DNA of 64,000 nucleotides from an uncultured Gaiellaceae bacterium. Lineage in GTDB: Bacteria > Actinomycetota > Thermoleophilia > Gaiellales > Gaiellaceae. Below are positions 61,240 through 64,000 of this stretch, in pieces (positions within the stretch are counted from its first letter, which is position 1; every line of letters begins with the position of its first letter). The notes beneath the pieces are model-generated. The model saw only the letters and a list, made by a program, of their open reading frames with translations. It was not told the DNA's origin and made no database searches. The stretch lies in assembly GCA_963787085.1 (NCBI GenBank), contig CAWBBO010000008.1, forward strand, positions 11,146 to 75,145, given 5' to 3'. Both the position numbers and the translations under genes were made by a program.

Positions 61240-62652
61240 ATGCCTATGCGCTCCGTTCGCCTGCTCCTCACCGCCGCGATCACCGCAGCCGTTCTCGCTC
61301 CCGCCGGCCTTGCTGCCGAGCGGATGTGGATCGGCTTCCACGACGACCCCGTCCTGCGCTTCGCCGACGACCGGCAATCCGAGCTGGACGTCGCGAGCGC
61401 GAACAACGCGACGGTGCTCCGGACGCTCGTGACCTGGGCCGACGTCGCCCCCACGAAGCCCGCTTCCGCCGTCAACTCGTTCGACCCCGCCTACAGGTTC
61501 GACGACCTCGACGAGTTCGTCCGCAACGCGCAGGCGCGCGACATGGAGGTGCTGATCACGCTCTGGGGCACGCCGAAGTGGGCGAACGGCAACAAGACGC
61601 CGAACTACCTGCCGACCAAGGTGTCGGATTTCCAGAACTTCGCGCGCGCCGTCGCGTCGCGCTACTCCGGCCGCCTCCCGGGCTATCCGTTCGTGCGCTT
61701 CTACGGGGTCTGGAACGAGTCGAACCTGGGGACGTTCCTGACACCCCAGTTCAACGCGCAGGGCAAGATCATCGGCCCTGCCGCGTACGCAAAGCTCGCG
61801 ACGGCCGCCTACGCGGGGATCAAGGCCGGCAGCCCGAAGGCGCTCGTCGCGATCGGCGAGACGTCCTCGACCGGCAACGACAAGAAGAAGAGCGGCACCG
61901 ACAAGGTGTCGCCCGGGAAGTTCGCGGAGCTCGTCGCCAAGGCGAACAAGCGGCTCAGGTTCGACGCCTGGGCCCAGCATCCGTACCCCTTCCCGGTCAA
62001 CATGAAGCCCACCCAGAAGGTGAAGTGGCCGAACGTGACGCTGTCGTCACTCCCGCAGTTCGAGACGTCGCTCGACAAGTGGTTCGGACGGAAGAACATC
62101 CCCATCTGGATCACCGAGTACGGCCACGAGACGAAGCCCGGCGAGCCCAAGGGCGTCACCGACGCCAAGCAGGCGCAGTACGCTCCGCAGGCGATCAACA
62201 TCGCGAAGCAGGACCGGCGCGTGCAGCTGTTCGTCTGGTTCGTCATGCGCGACTCGGCCGGCAGCCCCTGGCAGAGCGGCATCTACCGGACCTCCGGCGC
62301 GACGAAGCCTGCGCGTTCGAAATGGGCGGCCGCCGCGGCGTCGCTCAGCCCGATCAACGGCAAGGTGAGCGTGAAGGGCGGCGTCAAGAGCCCGGCACTC
62401 ACCGTCTATGCCCGCTCGCTCTGCGTCAACAACCCTGTCGGCGAGCCGGTCGGCCTCAACTCGAGAACGACACTCGCAGGGCAGCTCGTCGCCGTCTCGC
62501 AGGCACGGGTGGCGCTCGCGCGCGACTGCACGGTGGCCTACAGGGTCACTGGCCTCACCGTCGCGAAGGGCAAGACCTACACCGTGGAGATCGACCTGAA
62601 CACGAAGAACGGCAACGCGCTGACCCGGACGATCACGATCGCCGGCGTGTAG
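61240..62652 (+). CDS. Secreted clan GH-A glycoside hydrolase (GH5/GH39-like)
   Basis: Signal peptide; VWNESN acid/base, AQHPY, IWITEYG nucleophile. Confidence 0.85.
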   Translation: MPMRSVRLLLTAAITAAVLAPAGLAAERMWIGFHDDPVLRFADDRQSELDVASANNATVLRTLVTWADVAPTKPASAVNSFDPAYRFDDLDEFVRNAQARDMEVLITLWGTPKWANGNKTPNYLPTKVSDFQNFARAVASRYSGRLPGYPFVRFYGVWNESNLGTFLTPQFNAQGKIIGPAAYAKLATAAYAGIKAGSPKALVAIGETSSTGNDKKKSGTDKVSPGKFAELVAKANKRLRFDAWAQHPYPFPVNMKPTQKVKWPNVTLSSLPQFETSLDKWFGRKNIPIWITEYGHETKPGEPKGVTDAKQAQYAPQAINIAKQDRRVQLFVWFVMRDSAGSPWQSGIYRTSGATKPARSKWAAAAASLSPINGKVSVKGGVKSPALTVYARSLCVNNPVGEPVGLNSRTTLAGQLVAVSQARVALARDCTVAYRVTGLTVAKGKTYTVEIDLNTKNGNALTRTITIAGV

Positions 62653-62897
62653 GCAGCCAGGCCCGATTCCCGGCGGGCATTTGTAAAGAGAAGGAAAAGA
62701 CCTTCTAACCGGGAATTCCCCTGAACGTCGAACCGTTGTACACTGTGCCTACACCGTTCCCGCGGGAACGCGTTGACGCGGCCTCGTGCTTGTGGCCTCG
62801 AAGCGAACGGTGTCGCCTCACCGCCGCGAGGAACGCACACGAAACGGCAACGCGCGCGCACGCGGCAACGGACGAACAAAGCCGAAAGGACATCGAG

Positions 62898-63965
62898 CTG
62901 ACCACCACGATCGACATCCCTGCCATCGACGCCTTCCTGACCGACGCCCAGGAGCGCGGCCGCATAGAGGTTTCTGAGCTCGAGGCGCTCGCGCTCGAGC
63001 TCGACCTCGACGAGCCCGCCATCGAGGACGTGCGCGCCGCCCTCGCGGATCGCGCCATCACGGTCGGCGAGACGGAAGGCGCAGACGCGGCCGAGGAGGC
63101 CGCGTGGACCGCGGACGCCTCTCCCGTGCTGACCGACTCCCTGCAACTGTTCCTCCAGGACGTCGGCAGGCACAAGCTGCTCACCGCCGCCGAAGAGGTC
63201 ACGCTGGCGAAGCGCGTGGAGCGCGGCGACAAGGCCGCCAAGGAGCGCATGATCAACGCCAACCTGCGCCTCGTCGTCTCGATCGCGAAGAAGTACCGCG
63301 GCCACGGCGTGCCGTTCCTCGACCTGATCCAGGACGGCGTCATCGGCCTCAACCGCGCTGTCGAGAAGTTCGACTGGCGCAAGGGCTACAAGTTCTCCAC
63401 GTACGCGACCTGGTGGATCCGCCAGGCCTGCCAGCGCGCAATCTCCAACCAGGGCGCCACGATCCGCGTGCCCGTGCACGTCCAGGAGCGGCAGCAGAAG
63501 CTGGCCCGTGCCCGGCAGCGCCTCGAGGTCAAGCTCGAGCGCGAGCCGACGGTCGAGGAGCTCGCGAAGGAGACCGGCCTGAAGGAGTCGCACATCGAGG
63601 AGGCGCTCTCCACCGCGGACGCATCCGTCTCGCTCAACCAGTCCGTCGGCTCCGACGGCGACGGCGAGCTCGGCGACCTGTTCGCCGACCGCAGCGCCGT
63701 CGACCCGGCAGACGAGGCCGACGAGACGCTGCAGCGGCTCGAGGTGCGGCGTGCCGTCGAGGCGCTGCAGGAGCCCGACCGGCGCGTGCTCGAGCTCCGC
63801 TTCGGGTTCGCCGGCGACCAGTGGACGCTCGAAGCGATCGGGAAGGAGCTCGGCCTCACGCGCGAGCGCGTGCGGCAGATCGAGGCGCGGGCCCTCACCC
63901 GCCTCCAGCACCAGCTCAAGGACGTCGTCCGCGTAGAAGGCGGCGATGTCGTGCTGGCGGCGTAG
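62898..63965 (+). CDS. RpoD/SigA-family sigma-70 factor
   Basis: [61 protein letters not shown]; SD GAAAGGA points to CTG 62898. Confidence 0.93.
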   Translation: MTTTIDIPAIDAFLTDAQERGRIEVSELEALALELDLDEPAIEDVRAALADRAITVGETEGADAAEEAAWTADASPVLTDSLQLFLQDVGRHKLLTAAEEVTLAKRVERGDKAAKERMINANLRLVVSIAKKYRGHGVPFLDLIQDGVIGLNRAVEKFDWRKGYKFSTYATWWIRQACQRAISNQGATIRVPVHVQERQQKLARARQRLEVKLEREPTVEELAKETGLKESHIEEALSTADASVSLNQSVGSDGDGELGDLFADRSAVDPADEADETLQRLEVRRAVEALQEPDRRVLELRFGFAGDQWTLEAIGKELGLTRERVRQIEARALTRLQHQLKDVVRVEGGDVVLAA

Positions 63966-64000
63966 CTCGGGTGGAGGAACCCCTGGTTCCCCCACCAACC

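Overview
The window looks like a mosaic of unrelated genomic segments, with many single-base indels that break ordinary genes (typical of uncorrected long-read sequence). (1) 1-~14065 is moderate-GC and Acidobacteria (Blastocatellia)-like. It holds VOC, GNAT, S9 peptidase, recX, an AT-richer AAA ATPase + TOPRIM-like pair, sirtuin, aldo/keto reductase, a K+ channel, an ECF-like/anti-sigma pair and a large secreted sugar-dehydrogenase/PKD/NPCBM protein. (2) That last ORF joins in frame to the middle of a high-GC hrpB, followed by a truncated M24 peptidase (~14065-16520). (3) An IS1634 element and a complete IS1595 element follow (16.5-20 kb). (4) ~20-64 kb is high-GC and Thermoleophilia/Gaiella-like. 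It opens with a ~10.5 kb array of toxin-antitoxin and nuclease modules punctuated by a co-oriented GGGGTCAGGTCTTCTTCGTTCC inverted-repeat element, then continues with housekeeping genes, a RAYT and GTAG REPs. The best candidates for new biology are: the repeat-punctuated TA cassette array; an NYN RNase preceded by a promoter and a two-UUCG-hairpin RNA (type III TA-like layout); a minimal RiPP-like cluster (72-aa precursor, ABC transporter, RRE-HExxH membrane peptidase, small membrane protein) with no tailoring enzyme; a TlpA-like selenoprotein (UxxC plus hairpin); and a sigma54-type promoter in front of a hairpin sRNA. Taxonomic and family calls come from motif recognition only; no searches were run.
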